From Octopus sinensis (lineage: Eukaryota), in the NCBI RefSeq assembly GCF_006345805.1, contig NC_043008.1:36146001-36210000 (forward strand): 64,000 nucleotides of DNA. The letters run 5' to 3'. Within the stretch, counting starts at the first letter, position 1, and each line of letters begins with the position of its first letter. The notes beneath the pieces were generated by a model. The model ran no database searches, was not told where the DNA came from, and was given only the letters and a program-made list of their open reading frames with translations. The position numbers and the translations under genes are program-made. This document shows positions 62,871 to 64,000 of the stretch, piece after piece.

Positions 62871-63705
62871 TAAATAGTGACAACAGCGACAACGAAAGTA
62901 AAGCATTACATTTATTCATTTGTTTTGCCAAGTAAATAAATACACACACACCCCTCCCCCATGTATATACACACATATATATATACATATGTATATACAT
63001 GTGTGTGTATGTGTGTGCATGTGTGTGTGTGCACATGCCTGTGTATGTATGTATGTGTATGTGTGTGTGTGTGTTGTGTGTGTGTGTGTGTGTGTGCACA
63101 TGCCTGTGTGTGTGTGTGTGTTTACATTTCTGTACACACTTTGTTTAGTCTATTTTGTTTATCAGACAGTCTGTCTGCCAGTCTGCCAGCCTGCCAGCCC
63201 GCCTGTCTGTCAGTCTGTCAGTCTGTCAGTCTACCTGTCTGGTGGTATTTTGTTGGTAGTGCCAAGAAAACATGTAGAAATCCTTAAATTCTCTTTGGCT
63301 TTGCATTGTCATGAAACCAATATTGGCATTTAAAGACTTGGGCTGGCAGCTTCCAACCCAACAGGTTTCTTATTACATTCTTCTTTACTCTCCTTATCTC
63401 CTCTCTTGTTCTTTTATATAATTCATCTGTGTTATCGTTCTTGTGGTTGTTGCTGTTGCTGTTGTAGTTGTTGATGCCATTGTTCTGATTTCTTTTTATA
63501 TTCATCTTTGGTTTTATTTTATGATTCTTTCGTTTATATTCTTGATTCTTTTATTCCTCATCCATTTTGCATTCCATTTTTCCTTCTCCATCTCTCTTTC
63601 TTTACTTTCATTTGTTAGATCTTGTTATTTCACATGCATACGTGGTGTTTTAAGCAAATTCATGTATGCATGTACACATAAGCTCACACCTATATGTATA
63701 TATAT

Positions 63706-63740
<35 letters not shown>

Positions 63741-63760
63741 GATATATATATATATTGTGT

Positions 63761-63791
<31 letters not shown>

Positions 63792-63809
63792 TGTGTGGTG
63801 TGTGTGTGT

Positions 63810-64000
63810 GGAGGTGTAATGGCCCAGTGGTTAGAGCAGCGGCGTCGCAGTTGTAGGATCGCGGTTTCAATCCCAGACCGGGCGTTGTGAGTGTTTATTG
63901 AGCGAAAACACCTAAAGCTTCACGAGGCTCCGGCAGGGAGTGGTGGTGATTCCTGCTGTACTTTTTTGCCACAACTTTCTCTCACTCTTTCTTCTGTTGG
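63810..64000 (+). mobile_element. Third tRNA-derived SINE family, runs off the window
   Basis: Homologous to 21272-21460. Confidence 0.8.

Noticed and set aside
61909-63099. 396-aa His/Gln/Ile-rich ORF including Q15
   Set aside because: Concatenated trinucleotide microsatellites that are open in several frames on both strands.

Overview
Eukaryotic, AT-rich, repeat-dominated genomic DNA with one 100-N assembly gap (54790-54889). The repeat repertoire (tRNA-derived SINEs with CORE-like and Meta-like domains, RTE LINEs with (GAT)n tails, piggyBac/Tigger MITEs, dense microsatellites) looks like an octopus/coleoid cephalopod genome; this is inferred from recalled repeat families, not from a search. 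I found no intact protein-coding gene, tRNA, rRNA or CRISPR array. Most ORFs in the supplied track are microsatellite read-throughs or antisense to retroelements. Decayed TE coding fragments are recognisable: maT, Tc1 and mariner transposases, RTE endonuclease/RT, CR1-group RT, Gypsy gag-protease, Penelope GIY-YIG and a Helitron RepHel piece. A few splice-site-bounded candidate exons are weakly supported. Two signals are not explained by ordinary annotation. (1) Hammerhead ribozyme (HHR) folds occur in at least three different repeat contexts: a minimal HHR in a ~190-bp (TA)n-flanked repeat with stem-I covariation between copies, an HHR with an 85-nt extended stem II, and an HHR-like fold in both arms of an inverted repeat. 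(2) About ten fold-back inverted repeats or palindromes occur, several with template-switch scars. All coordinates were counted by hand, and the edges of old repeats are approximate.
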